Part shown: positions 16,078-26,665 of the stretch, piece by piece
How the letters are laid out: every line of letters starts with the position of its first letter
Numbering within the stretch: the stretch's first letter is position 1
Origin: a virus
Taxonomy: Duplodnaviria; Caudoviricetes
Virus record (IMG/VR): IMGVR_UViG_3300049437_000096
Location: 1-38,588 of that record
Reading direction: 5' to 3' (one strand)
DNA length: 38,588 nt
Notes under the pieces: generated by a model
The model's input: the letters and a program-made list of their open reading frames with translations, nothing else
What the model was told of the DNA's origin: nothing
Database searches by the model: none
Translations under genes and position numbers: made by a program

Positions 16078-18320
16078 TGGCGCGCAACCTGAAAACCGAT
16101 ACGATCAAGCGCTTCCGCGGACTGAATTGCTGGAACACGGTCGCGCTTGTCCGTCCGGATACCGCAATTGATCTGATGAACGTAATTCCGTCCGGATCCG
16201 GAGGGCTGGAAAAACTTCGCTATCCGGTTGCGCTGGCGGCTGAAAACGGGGTTTTGCTGGGATCAGGCAATATCTTCAATTTTCAAAACGCTCTTGGAGT
16301 CCGGCAGCTGCTGGCAATATTTGGCGAGAAGCTTTATTCGTACGATCTTGCGACCTATATCGCGACGCTGCAAAACACCGACGCTTTGAATGACGACATT
16401 ATGTCGGCCGTCAATTCCAACAATATAGCCTTCATTGCCAACGGCCTCCGGATGATGAAGTGGGATGGGACAAATTTCTATAGCTGGGGAATTAATAAAC
16501 CGCAGCAGCCGACCACAGAATTTACGCCTGGCGCTCTGATTGCGGATCCGGTTGATTCGCTTGTTATGATTGCAAGTCCCTACGGCTCAGGATTCACTAA
16601 TAGAACCTATGCTGCCGTCTACACTTGGGTGGATGCAAACGGCGGAGAAACTCTTGTAAGTGCGCCGGCCAGCGTGATTTTAACCGATCAAGAAGCGGCG
16701 CACATTACCCTGCCTATGGCGTATTACAATAATTTTCCGGCGGGAGCGGTTGGCTGGAAGGTTTACATCGACATGACTTCCAGCGGCTCATTCAAGCTCT
16801 TGCAGTATTCGGCGAACGGGGTAAATGCCGCCTGGATTGCGCTGGTGGAAAGTCCCGGCTTATGGGCTGGGCTTTTGGGCGCTGCCCCTCCTATAGCCAA
16901 TACGACCGGCCAGGGCAGAACGTTTTCCAGCGGCCGCAAATATCGGGCGGCTTACGGGAGCGCATCCGGGCATGTGGGACTCGTATCTGATCCGACGCTA
17001 TTTACGGGCGTTCCCGGCGGCGGAGAAGATGTTCTGGTGCATGTGGCTAATCCCTCCGACCTGCAGTGCGATCGCATTTTCCTCTTCGCGACAGTCGATG
17101 GCGGGAACGATTACTATTTATTGCCTAACCTCGGATCCGCCGATTACTCCTGGCCGCTTGACGCCGGAGCGGTTACGACGATCACCGACGGGCTGACTGA
17201 CGCGCAACTGGATAAATCAAAAATTGCTCCGACATTGAACGCCCCGCCGCCGGTCGGAAAGTATGTTTGCGAATGGGGCGGCAGAATATATGTGTTCAAC
17301 CTGGTTGGATCCAAACAGGATATTGCATACTCGGGTTATGAACGAATATTGCTTGGGCGTCCGGAGGAATCTTTTCCGCCTAACAATCGTTTAAGGCTTG
17401 CAATCGGAGCCGACGAAATACGCGGAGGCGGCGTCATCGAAGCCGGAATCGTCGCATTTAGTAAATCCAATGAAATGTTCATGCTTCGGGGGACCGTAAC
17501 AGACAAAAGCACGGATGCTCCAGTGGAATATCTAGCGGAGCTGCAGAAGCTTCCCTGGAACACGGGCTGCGCATCACATTATTCAATTGCTCGCACTCCA
17601 TACGGGCTCGTATGGCTTGCGAGCGATAAAACAATCAAGATTTTTGACGGAACCGGAGAGCCGCGAACGCTTGCCGGCGGACTTTTGCCGATCCTGCGCA
17701 GCATTACGCCAGGCACGGAGGTAGACTGCCGCGGAGCGTTTTTCTGCTATCTCGAAAGGGAATGGTATCTGCTGCTTTGCGCCGTCGACGGCGAAACGCA
17801 AAAAAACCGCATCCTAATTGTCGATCTGGATCCGGACGCCGATGCGAATGTGGGAGCCTTTCAGTTGCAGATCGAAGCCGACGCGATGGACCTGGTGGAA
17901 GACGCAAACGGCAAAACCCGTCTTTTGATCCTGCAGGCTGGAGTGCTGCAGGAACTAACCATTTTGAGCGACACGACCGGCGGCATCAGTCTCGTCTATG
18001 CCGCAACGGAAAACAAGCTGCCGGCTCGGTGGAGAAGCGGATATTTCGCGGGCGATTCCCCGGAATGGTGGAAACTCTTTCGATTTGGCAAGCTTTTGGC
18101 GGATCGAATCGGCTTCCGCGTTCAGCTTTACCTGGTTGATGATGAGCAGTACACATTCCGGAATCCTTTGATTGTTCCCTTTAAAATGCTTTCCGAAGCC
18201 TATTTCGCGGTCAATCAAAAATCCCGGCGCATTTCCGTCGAAATACAATTTCCGGAGGACGACGTCGCGGCTAACGTACTGGAGCTCGCAATGTCCTATA
18301 TCCCGACAAGTCAGAGGTAA
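16077..18320 (+). CDS. Tail nozzle / DNA stabilisation protein (P22 gp10 / T7 gp12-like beta-propeller) with Ig-like inserts
   Basis: FRGLN N-terminus, EWGGRIYV, PEESFP, GCASHYSI..GLVWLASD; insert YAAVYTWVDANGGET. Confidence 0.75.
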   Translation: MARNLKTDTIKRFRGLNCWNTVALVRPDTAIDLMNVIPSGSGGLEKLRYPVALAAENGVLLGSGNIFNFQNALGVRQLLAIFGEKLYSYDLATYIATLQNTDALNDDIMSAVNSNNIAFIANGLRMMKWDGTNFYSWGINKPQQPTTEFTPGALIADPVDSLVMIASPYGSGFTNRTYAAVYTWVDANGGETLVSAPASVILTDQEAAHITLPMAYYNNFPAGAVGWKVYIDMTSSGSFKLLQYSANGVNAAWIALVESPGLWAGLLGAAPPIANTTGQGRTFSSGRKYRAAYGSASGHVGLVSDPTLFTGVPGGGEDVLVHVANPSDLQCDRIFLFATVDGGNDYYLLPNLGSADYSWPLDAGAVTTITDGLTDAQLDKSKIAPTLNAPPPVGKYVCEWGGRIYVFNLVGSKQDIAYSGYERILLGRPEESFPPNNRLRLAIGADEIRGGGVIEAGIVAFSKSNEMFMLRGTVTDKSTDAPVEYLAELQKLPWNTGCASHYSIARTPYGLVWLASDKTIKIFDGTGEPRTLAGGLLPILRSITPGTEVDCRGAFFCYLEREWYLLLCAVDGETQKNRILIVDLDPDADANVGAFQLQIEADAMDLVEDANGKTRLLILQAGVLQELTILSDTTGGISLVYAATENKLPARWRSGYFAGDSPEWWKLFRFGKLLADRIGFRVQLYLVDDEQYTFRNPLIVPFKMLSEAYFAVNQKSRRISVEIQFPEDDVAANVLELAMSYIPTSQR

Positions 18321-18321
18321 A

Positions 18322-18783
18322 ATGGCGGCCATACGAGAAATCCCGCTCAGCCTTGAATGGAAGTCGCTGCGCAAATGCCTGATCGAAATGCGCGAAGCTT
18401 TGCTGGCGCTTCAGAAAACTTCGGCGCCTCCTCGGCCGGTGACAAATTTCACCGCAACGGGAAAGCCCCTGGGCGTCCTTATCATGTTCACCCGCAGCGA
18501 CGCCGAGAGTTATATCGTTTATCGCTCTTCCACTCCCGAACTGCAGGCCGCCGTCCAGTTCGAGCTTCACAATACGGGCGTATGGACGGATGAACTCGGA
18601 TCCGGCGCGCTGAAGCGCTATTACTGGGTCCGGGCTAAAAGGGGCGGCAAGGAAAGCTCTATTGTAGGACCTGTTTCGGCTACAAGTCTCGCGGCTGGAG
18701 CCGCGTTCACTCCGCCGGCCGCGCCTCCCGCGGTCGATGAATACGTGCAGTCCACTGAGTACGGGTATCCCGTCGAAAGGTAA
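18322..18783 (+). CDS. Tail-associated protein with FN3-like domain
   Basis: GAGG RBS; PRPVTNFTA...YIVYRS...YYWVRAK. Confidence 0.6.
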   Translation: MAAIREIPLSLEWKSLRKCLIEMREALLALQKTSAPPRPVTNFTATGKPLGVLIMFTRSDAESYIVYRSSTPELQAAVQFELHNTGVWTDELGSGALKRYYWVRAKRGGKESSIVGPVSATSLAAGAAFTPPAAPPAVDEYVQSTEYGYPVER

Positions 18784-18787
18784 AATC

Positions 18788-19345
18788 ATGGGCAGACCGA
18801 AATCAGCTACATCGTCGACGCAGGCCTTGGCCTTGTCGGAAGACGAAAAGAAACGAAGAAACGCATCTCTCGACACTGCCGGATCGATGATCGGCAGCGC
18901 CGATGCCGCGATAAAGGATTTTTACGGCTCCGGCATGGATAACTGGAAGCGCAACCAGGTCAACACGCGCACGGCCGACACCACAAAATCTTTCAATGAC
19001 GCTCTCGCCGGATCCCGGCTTCGAGCCCGGACTGCGGGATTCGGCTATGAGCAGCCGGCGGAGCAGGCGGGCGAAACCAACATTGAAAATGCGCGCGCGG
19101 ACGCACTGGCCAAGATACCCGGCCAGGTCGAAACGGAGGCGATCCCGATTGAAATGCAGGCGATCGGGGAGGAAGGCAATCTAGCCGGCGCGGAAATGGG
19201 AATCGCCCGGACCTATGATCCGCAAAGCTATTACGGCTCGGCCGTGAATCAGGATCAGGCGGCCGCCGAGCGCAGAAAATCTCTTTGGCAGTCAATTATC
19301 GGCGGAGTGACAAGCGTTGGATCAAAACTCGTAAAACCTTTTTAG
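18788..19345 (+). CDS. Putative ejection (internal virion) protein 1
   Basis: Ala/Gly/Gln-rich helical protein; first of three genes after the tail genes. Confidence 0.6.
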   Translation: MGRPKSATSSTQALALSEDEKKRRNASLDTAGSMIGSADAAIKDFYGSGMDNWKRNQVNTRTADTTKSFNDALAGSRLRARTAGFGYEQPAEQAGETNIENARADALAKIPGQVETEAIPIEMQAIGEEGNLAGAEMGIARTYDPQSYYGSAVNQDQAAAERRKSLWQSIIGGVTSVGSKLVKPF

Positions 19346-19356
19346 GAGGATTGGCC

Positions 19357-21057
19357 ATGGAAAGTTTTTTTCGTTTCGATATGCCTGCAGGCCGGAAAAA
19401 AATAGATTGGGCACATGAAATGGCGACGGCCGGCCAGGATCCGTTCTCCCTCGAGGAGCCGGATTATTCGCGCTTTGTCAGCAACGTTCAGCCGACTCCC
19501 AAAAAGGAATTCAACATAAACGATCCTGATCAGTTTGGGAGAAAAAGAAAAACCTTTGATCTGAATCCGGAGCCGGAGGGATTTCCTCCTCCCGCAAGTG
19601 AGCCGGAGCCTATCCGGGATCCTCAAAGCCTGACGCCTATCACCTCATCGGATGTTGAAATACCGTTTGCCATGGGCGAACGGGAAAAGCCGACCAGGCT
19701 GCAGCAGCTGGAGGGCGAATACAATCGAAAGCCGTCCAATCGCGAAAGGATCTGGAATGCGATCATACCGGCGGCGAGCATGGCGGTCGCCGGGATCGCC
19801 GGCGGAGAAGCGGGATTGACCGGAGCCGGCCAGGCTATCATGCAGAATACGCAGAATGAACAGGCCATGGGGCAAGCGAGGCGGAGAAATTTGCTGGAGG
19901 AGATGGAAGCGGAGCGCAATCGCCAGGAGCGCCTGCAGGAAAGAAATCTTACGGTGGAGGCGCAAAAGGCAGGCATTGAAGCGGAGAACCAAAGATCAGC
20001 CAGTGAACTTAAGAATCGAATGGATATTGCAAAGCTTGGCCAAGCCGGCAAAGTCCAGGATTTGATCGGGCCCGACGGCAAGCTGCATAAATACCAGTTT
20101 AATGAGCAGACGGGCCGCTATGACATTGACCTGGGAATGAGCAAGCAGCCTACAGCCCGAGCCTTGCAGCTGAAAGCAGGCACAATCAACGGCCAGCCGG
20201 CTATGGCAGCCTTCGATCCGGAAACGGGACAAATATTGGACGCTCAGGGAAATGATATTTCTAAGACGTTTATACCTCATGAACTGATTCAGAAGCCGGA
20301 TAATTCAATCACTCCGTATGAGGATTTTAGGAAACAGGGTGGGACAGTGCAGCAATATTTGAGCCTGACAAATGCGCGCGCTGGTGCAAACGATGATTCT
20401 CTTGTCGACTCTATACTTTCAGATCCATTGATCTATGACGGACTGACGGCCAAAACGAAAGAGCGGATTTCTCCCGAGCTGCAAAAACGCGGCTTTACCG
20501 GATTTGGAAAACAATTGACTGATACAGCTATCAAACAGAAAACGCAAACCGAAACTGCGATCTCATCTCTGCAGGATCTTCGAAAAGTTATTGAGCAGAA
20601 TTCAGCGTACATGGGCCCGGTGGCTGGACTATCTTCATATTTACCATGGTCGGATGCTCGCAAAGCGCAGGCGACTATCGATATGGTCAAGCAGCGAGTC
20701 GGCAAGGCGCTTGAAGGCGGAGTACTGCGAAAAGAGGACGAAGAGAAGTATAAAAAAATACTTCCGACTATGCAGGATCCTCCGGAACTCGCAGCGTCGA
20801 AAATAGACGGATTGATTCAGGCCCTCCAAAATGATCTTCAAACTTTTATGAGCGGGCAGCAGCAGGCGGGAAGAAAAATTGAGGGAGCTGCTCCTATAAC
20901 CTCCCCGGCAAATGCCGGCGGAGCGAATTTAAATAAAAATAGATTTACGGTAACTCTTTCTAATGGCACTACAAAAACGTTTGATTCGAAATTCAAAGCT
21001 GATCAGTTTAAAGCTGATGCTGAAAAGCTTCTGAAAGGCGGTCGTAATGCCAAATAA
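19357..21057 (+). CDS. Putative ejection protein 2
   Basis: AGGAGG RBS; hydrophobic AASMAVAGIAGG segment; coiled coil; KALEGGVLRKEDE helical C-terminus. Confidence 0.6.
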   Translation: MESFFRFDMPAGRKKIDWAHEMATAGQDPFSLEEPDYSRFVSNVQPTPKKEFNINDPDQFGRKRKTFDLNPEPEGFPPPASEPEPIRDPQSLTPITSSDVEIPFAMGEREKPTRLQQLEGEYNRKPSNRERIWNAIIPAASMAVAGIAGGEAGLTGAGQAIMQNTQNEQAMGQARRRNLLEEMEAERNRQERLQERNLTVEAQKAGIEAENQRSASELKNRMDIAKLGQAGKVQDLIGPDGKLHKYQFNEQTGRYDIDLGMSKQPTARALQLKAGTINGQPAMAAFDPETGQILDAQGNDISKTFIPHELIQKPDNSITPYEDFRKQGGTVQQYLSLTNARAGANDDSLVDSILSDPLIYDGLTAKTKERISPELQKRGFTGFGKQLTDTAIKQKTQTETAISSLQDLRKVIEQNSAYMGPVAGLSSYLPWSDARKAQATIDMVKQRVGKALEGGVLRKEDEEKYKKILPTMQDPPELAASKIDGLIQALQNDLQTFMSGQQQAGRKIEGAAPITSPANAGGANLNKNRFTVTLSNGTTKTFDSKFKADQFKADAEKLLKGGRNAK

Positions 21058-23716
21058 AGACGCAATCGACGAACTTGCCAGAAAATATGGAGCGATCGAA
21101 GACGAAGATCCTATTGAAGCGCTAGCAAAACAGTATGGAGCGATTGATAACCAAAATATTACTCCCAAAAAATCCTTGCAGGCTGATATGGCTGCAGCTG
21201 GGCAAAAGTCGCAGCCGAATAAACGTTCTCTAGATGAAATATTGGGCAAAACTGCTAGGGCGGTGGACAATTTTATTACCGGAACAGGAAATGCTTTGGA
21301 TTCAAAGCCAGGTGAAGGCGCCATAAGGAGAGGCATAAAAGGTCCTCTTCGAACTGGATATGGTTTTGCAGCCATGCCTTGGCAAATCAGCAAGGCTGCA
21401 GCTTTGCCGCCAAAAGATCAATTGGAAGCTTCGTTGCTTATTGGACCCAACGGAGAAGCCGCTTTAGCCTCGAAACGTTTGGTAATAGATCCAATGGCGC
21501 AAGAATTTGAGAATGCCTCTGAAGCCTGGAAAAACAAGCATCCTATCGAAGCAACTCGACATGCGATTGGCGGCGTCATTCCAATGATTGGACCATACTT
21601 GAATCAATTGATCACCCGCGCCGAAAAGGGAGACTTTGCAGGTTCAATTACGGAAGGCATTACTTCTTTTTTACTGCCTAAACTCAGTAAACTAGCACCT
21701 AAAAAGCTCCCTATTTTTCCGAAAATCACAAACTACAATTCCAAAACGGCGGCTGCCGTCAATGCGGCAATGAAAGAAGGCGTTCCAGTTGATGCCGCGA
21801 CCGCAACTGGAAGTACGCCTGTAAGAGCTCTGCAGTGGATCGCCGATAAATCTTTGCCGGGTGGATTTATCGCGGATAAAGTAAAGCAGGGCGAAGCTGC
21901 AGCAGTAGCAAATTGGGGGAGAAAGCTGGCCAATAAAGTCAGGCCAGGCGCACAAATTACAATGGATCGCGCTGGAGAGTCAGTGCGTAACGCCTTGGTA
22001 GATTCTTTGATCCAAGAAGGGAATAATTTGTCCGGACAAATTCCGGGCCGCACGTACACGCCTTTGCAGGCTGGAGAATCGCTTAGAAATGCATTCAATC
22101 GTCAGATTCATAATCTGAAAGAGGAATCCGATGTGATGTACGGTAAATTTCGTGAAATTGCGAATTTGCCGGAAAACATCAAGCAAATAGGTCCAGCGGA
22201 AATAAAAAGACTGCCGGAATATGTGATGATGGAAGGAAATAAACTTCCTCTCGGCAATTTACTTCCGGAGCAAATTGCCGCACTCGAACAAAATGGAATT
22301 ATTCCTTCGGGTCCTAAGTCCTTGATCGAAATGGAGAATTTCGGAACGCCGGCGAATCCCGTTTTCGCCCAAAAGCCTAGGAATGTGGCGATTCCAGTTG
22401 ATATGAGCCCAATAAAGAAAACGCTTGAACCTATCTTCCAGCATTGGTCTCAGTGGATTCAACCGGCCGCACGGAATGCATCCCAGGGATATCAGGCTAT
22501 GAAAAGCATATTGGCTGGCCCAGACTGGATCGATGCGGCGGACGCGGAGGCCGGATTGTCGGGATTGAAATCTCTTGCGCGTGAAGCAAGAAGCCCGGAT
22601 ATGGCCAACGCCAGCCAGGGAATGGGCAAATTTTCAACTGCGCTGTTTCAAAAAGCGATTGATGAAGCTGTGGCGCAGGCGACAGAGGGGCAAAAAGCGC
22701 TTCAATACTTGCGAGCCGGACGAATGAAGCATGCCCAGAAAATGGGCATATCGGAAATAGAAAGGCGCTTAAGAGAAGAACCCGTTCAGACAATGCAGCA
22801 AATGACTTATGGCAAGGATTCTGGAATCAACTTATTAAGAAAAACGAGCCAGCTTTTCCCGGACGAAATGCCTAATATCGGGCGATCTTTAATGGAGGAT
22901 ATGCTTGCAGAGGCGACATCCGGAGGCGGATTCGATAAAGCTCAAAGTCTATTTTCGAAATGGCAAAATCTAGGACCAGAAACAAAAAAATTAATTTTCA
23001 GAGATCCATCGCTGATGGGCGAACTGGATAACTATTTTAAGCAGATCCGAGATGTTTCCGGTTTACGCAAAGAGCCTGTTCAAGTTGTGCAGCAGCTTAT
23101 CCAGTCTAATGATTCGGGTATTTCGCTTTTAAAAAATGTGCAGAAACAAGCTCCCAATGAAATGACAAAAATCGGTCGGGCATTTATTGACGACTTGATC
23201 ACTCAATCGACAGAGGCGGGCGGTTTCGATAAAGCAGACAGCCTATTTAGCAAATGGAATAAAGTTGGTCCAGAAACCAAAAAAATCATTTTTGAAGATC
23301 CCAATTATATAAAAAATTTGGATGATTTTTTTCTTTTCGCAAAAAAACGCGCTGAAAATCCGAATACCAGCGGTTCTGGTTTCACGGCAATTCAGGGCGG
23401 CCAGATGCTTTACTTTTTCCAAGATCCGACGACGGCTACCTTTATGGCAATCGGATCCGCGGCTCTGGCAAAAGCCTTGCACAGCCCTAAGGTTGTAAAA
23501 GTTTTATTGAATGGTTTGAAAGTGCCAGTGAATCAAAAACTAACTGCAGCCGTATCGGGATCAGCTTTAATGGGTGCGGTGGGGAGAGCTGCAACGCCAA
23601 TTTCCAAACTCCAATATGACATGGCCAGGCAGCAATCCTCAAAGCCTGATCGATCCGTTCCAATCCCGCCGGGCATAACCAAGCGTTACGGCCGTCCGAT
23701 TCAACCTCAACGATAA
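21047..23716 (+). CDS. Putative large ejection protein 3 with internal 98-aa tandem duplication
   Basis: 889-aa helical protein; N-terminal repeat DELARKYGA/EALAKQYGA; duplicated EPVQ...GGFDKA.SLFSKW..GPETKK.IF.DP. Confidence 0.65.
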   Translation: MPNKDAIDELARKYGAIEDEDPIEALAKQYGAIDNQNITPKKSLQADMAAAGQKSQPNKRSLDEILGKTARAVDNFITGTGNALDSKPGEGAIRRGIKGPLRTGYGFAAMPWQISKAAALPPKDQLEASLLIGPNGEAALASKRLVIDPMAQEFENASEAWKNKHPIEATRHAIGGVIPMIGPYLNQLITRAEKGDFAGSITEGITSFLLPKLSKLAPKKLPIFPKITNYNSKTAAAVNAAMKEGVPVDAATATGSTPVRALQWIADKSLPGGFIADKVKQGEAAAVANWGRKLANKVRPGAQITMDRAGESVRNALVDSLIQEGNNLSGQIPGRTYTPLQAGESLRNAFNRQIHNLKEESDVMYGKFREIANLPENIKQIGPAEIKRLPEYVMMEGNKLPLGNLLPEQIAALEQNGIIPSGPKSLIEMENFGTPANPVFAQKPRNVAIPVDMSPIKKTLEPIFQHWSQWIQPAARNASQGYQAMKSILAGPDWIDAADAEAGLSGLKSLAREARSPDMANASQGMGKFSTALFQKAIDEAVAQATEGQKALQYLRAGRMKHAQKMGISEIERRLREEPVQTMQQMTYGKDSGINLLRKTSQLFPDEMPNIGRSLMEDMLAEATSGGGFDKAQSLFSKWQNLGPETKKLIFRDPSLMGELDNYFKQIRDVSGLRKEPVQVVQQLIQSNDSGISLLKNVQKQAPNEMTKIGRAFIDDLITQSTEAGGFDKADSLFSKWNKVGPETKKIIFEDPNYIKNLDDFFLFAKKRAENPNTSGSGFTAIQGGQMLYFFQDPTTATFMAIGSAALAKALHSPKVVKVLLNGLKVPVNQKLTAAVSGSALMGAVGRAATPISKLQYDMARQQSSKPDRSVPIPPGITKRYGRPIQPQR

Positions 23717-23729
23717 AGGAGCTCCTACA

Positions 23730-25931
23730 ATGAAACGATTTCTTGGCCTGCTTTGTCTGGTCCTGGCGATAGCCTTGCCTCTTCACGCCACTTCTTTGAC
23801 CGGAACGATCAAGCGTCCGGACGGGACATCTCTTACGGGAAAGCTGCGCCTCACTTTATCGCATCCGGCGCATGACAAAGTTGCTGGGACCGTCGTCGTA
23901 CCAGCTCCAGTGACTTTCAATGTCACCTCCGGAGCGCTGCCTGGCGCGGCTGCAGTCGTCGGCAATGACTCTCTTGAGCCGACCGGCACTTATTACTGGG
24001 CAGAATATTTCACTGCGGGCGGCTCTAAGATAATGTCGAACGCCTTCTACATTACCGGCATCGCCTTCGATATCGGCGCCGCCACACCGACCACAGTGAC
24101 AACGAATAATATTAGTTACGTTCCGCCTCTTGATGCCATATCGAGCACGGATTTATCCGCCACGACCACGGGCAAAGGGGCGCAAATGGTCGGCTTCAAA
24201 CAGACTGGGACAGGAGCTATTGCTACCACTGCCGACGCTATCCTGAAAGAATTTCCGACGCTGAAAACACAGGGAGCCGCCGGCAACGGAGTGACAGACG
24301 ATTCGACGGCGCTATCAAACGCCTGCGCCGCCCATACATCTGTGATTGTAGGGCCTGGCACTTACAAAATAAATACCGATACGACCATATCGGCATGTCA
24401 GCTCGTGTTTCTGGGTGGGCAACTGTCGCCCGGAACGGGGAAAACATTAACTATTGCAGCTCCAGCCTCGATTGATGCTCAAGCATTTCAGATCTTCACC
24501 GGCGCGGGAATTGTAACATTCACGAATTATGTTGGATCGGTGCGGCCGGAATGGTGGGCTTCGAATACCACGCCGGGCACAACGGATATGACAAACGCGA
24601 TTAAAGCCGCCTATGCAGCCTGGCCGAAAGTAGCGCTGGATGGGTATTATTTGGTCACCGATACAATCACTATTAATCAGCGGTTTTCCGAAATTGGAGG
24701 AAGCGGCAATAATAAAGGCACGATTAAATTCAATCCTGTATCGGCAAAAATCCTATTCGACCTTACGGGATGCACTTACAACTCCGGTTATTTTGGGGCG
24801 AAAAATGATGTCATACGAAATTTAATTCTGACAAGTTCAAACGCCGTAAAAAAGACCGGCATTCACATTGACGATGGAAGCGAAATATTAATTGAGGGAA
24901 TCCAAACCGACAATGTTTACTGGACATCCAGCACCAATGACTCAATCGGCATTCAGACAAATGGCAGGGAATTCATTTATGTTAAAAAATGCGCCATTTG
25001 GGCCGAATACCCAATAATAATAGACAACAATACGAATTTTATTGCCCATACCGGACTCGGTCCATCCATTATCAGCGCTGATTTATTTCATTTTTCCGAC
25101 TTGAACCTGGTAACGGGCAAATCGGACGGGACGTCCGCGGGACACTACTGCATTACAGCTGCGAATGAAGCCAGCATATACAACAGCACTTTTAGCCAAA
25201 TTTTTGGCGGATTTGGAAAAGGCGTGTTTTATTTGCACAACACTGCTTCCACTGGCGGCAATTCATTGGCCGTGAAATTCGTAGATATTCGGCATGAACA
25301 GGGGGATGCGGACGCAATTAGCTGGGTGATTTATTGGTTCGATACAAGTTATTACACGCTTGGCCTGACAATCGAAAACATACATGCTTCTTTTCAGGTG
25401 CAAGGTCCCTATATTGTGGGCGTTTCCGGGCTGACCATAAAGAATTTAATATCGCTGAACAATACTGGCACGCAATACACCTTCGCCATCGACAATGTAA
25501 TGGCCGGAACGATGGAAAACGTTATAGGCAGGATTGGGGCAACCTATACATTCGGCTTCTGTTTTGCGACCGACATCCAGTACAGCGAGAACGCCAGCTA
25601 TCGCACATGGTACAAAGCCACGATTGCGCCTGCGAATGAAACCGGCTGGACCGCCCCCACGCTATCGGGCGCATGGGCGCTTCAGGAAACGGTTGGATAT
25701 CGCAAAAATTATGACGGCGAGGTCCGGCTAAAAGGAGCTGTCAAGTCTGGCTCCGGCGCTATATTCACACTGCCCGCAGGCTTTCGACCGCCGGCCGATA
25801 AATTTTTCGTAGTCCCTGGAGACACCGCCCTGGCCGTTGTTTCCGTACAAACTACCGGAGTTGTTACGCTGGTCACTGGAGCCGCGACCAGCGGCCTCTA
25901 TCTCGATTCGATCTCATTCAAAATCAACTAG
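23730..25931 (+). CDS. Tailspike / depolymerase (pectate-lyase-like beta-helix) with N-terminal signal peptide
   Basis: AAGGAG RBS; leader MKRFLGLLCLVLAIALPLHA; GAAGNGVTDDSTAL motif; N/T/I-rich beta-helix; C-terminal IFTLPAGFRP domain. Confidence 0.8.
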   Translation: MKRFLGLLCLVLAIALPLHATSLTGTIKRPDGTSLTGKLRLTLSHPAHDKVAGTVVVPAPVTFNVTSGALPGAAAVVGNDSLEPTGTYYWAEYFTAGGSKIMSNAFYITGIAFDIGAATPTTVTTNNISYVPPLDAISSTDLSATTTGKGAQMVGFKQTGTGAIATTADAILKEFPTLKTQGAAGNGVTDDSTALSNACAAHTSVIVGPGTYKINTDTTISACQLVFLGGQLSPGTGKTLTIAAPASIDAQAFQIFTGAGIVTFTNYVGSVRPEWWASNTTPGTTDMTNAIKAAYAAWPKVALDGYYLVTDTITINQRFSEIGGSGNNKGTIKFNPVSAKILFDLTGCTYNSGYFGAKNDVIRNLILTSSNAVKKTGIHIDDGSEILIEGIQTDNVYWTSSTNDSIGIQTNGREFIYVKKCAIWAEYPIIIDNNTNFIAHTGLGPSIISADLFHFSDLNLVTGKSDGTSAGHYCITAANEASIYNSTFSQIFGGFGKGVFYLHNTASTGGNSLAVKFVDIRHEQGDADAISWVIYWFDTSYYTLGLTIENIHASFQVQGPYIVGVSGLTIKNLISLNNTGTQYTFAIDNVMAGTMENVIGRIGATYTFGFCFATDIQYSENASYRTWYKATIAPANETGWTAPTLSGAWALQETVGYRKNYDGEVRLKGAVKSGSGAIFTLPAGFRPPADKFFVVPGDTALAVVSVQTTGVVTLVTGAATSGLYLDSISFKIN

Positions 25932-25940
25932 GAGCCGCCC

Positions 25941-26165
25941 ATGATACTTACTCCCGCTGAATTCTGGCCAATTTTAGCCGCTGTTGTGGTCGTCGCATTT
26001 GAAGCCGGCCGAATGTTCGAAAAAATGCTGCAAAGTAAGTTTACGTCAAAGGAAATGTGTTCGACGATCCATAAAAATCTCGAAGTGCGCCTGGATCGCA
26101 TTGAAAAAAATCTGGATAAAATCTGGAACAAGCTTGACGGCCAGAAAGTGCAAGAGGAGAGCTAA
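25941..26165 (+). CDS. Holin- or antiholin-like protein (1 TM plus coiled coil)
   Basis: AGGAG RBS; FWPILAAVVVVAF; RLDRIEKNLDKI; coupled to the endolysin gene. Confidence 0.6.
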   Translation: MILTPAEFWPILAAVVVVAFEAGRMFEKMLQSKFTSKEMCSTIHKNLEVRLDRIEKNLDKIWNKLDGQKVQEES

Positions 26166-26665
26166 TGCTTATCTCGAGAGATCTTTCTTTGGTATTTGCT
26201 CCGTTCGCCGAGCAGCTCCGGGATTTTGAAGCGCGCCTGGCTGCAGCAAAGCTGCCGTTTTATCTGTATATGGCGCTGCGCACGTTTGAAGATCAGGATG
26301 AACTGTACGCGCAGGGCCGCACAAAACCCGGCTCAATTGTCACGAACGCTCGCGGCGGCGACTCCCTGCACAATTACGGTTTGGCGGCCGACTACGTGCT
26401 TGACGGCATGCCGGCGAAGCCGGGCGTCCAGTGGAGCTGGGACACGAAATTCGACTCGAATCAGAACGGCCGATCCGGCTGGATGGACCTGGGCGCGATC
26501 GCGCGAGCCGCCGGCTTGGAGTGGGGCGGAGACTGGAAGCGTTTTCCGGACCTGCCACATGTTCAAAATCGATACGGCCTCACCCTGGCCGAAATTAAAG
26601 AACTCTATCGCAGCTGCAGGAATGATCTAAAAGCATTCTGGGCGGCTTTAAAGGAGCACGTATGA
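26165..26665 (+). CDS. Endolysin, M15 family L-Ala-D-Glu peptidase (CwlK/Ply500-like)
   Basis: RTFEDQDELYAQGRTKPG.IVTNARGGDSLHNYGLAAD, WGGDW and DLPHVQ. Confidence 0.92.
   Translation: MLISRDLSLVFAPFAEQLRDFEARLAAAKLPFYLYMALRTFEDQDELYAQGRTKPGSIVTNARGGDSLHNYGLAADYVLDGMPAKPGVQWSWDTKFDSNQNGRSGWMDLGAIARAAGLEWGGDWKRFPDLPHVQNRYGLTLAEIKELYRSCRNDLKAFWAALKEHV

Noticed and set aside
19357-23716. Tape measure protein or long-tail module
   Set aside because: No tube, chaperone or baseplate genes were recognised; the order nozzle, three helical proteins, spike fits podovirus ejection proteins.
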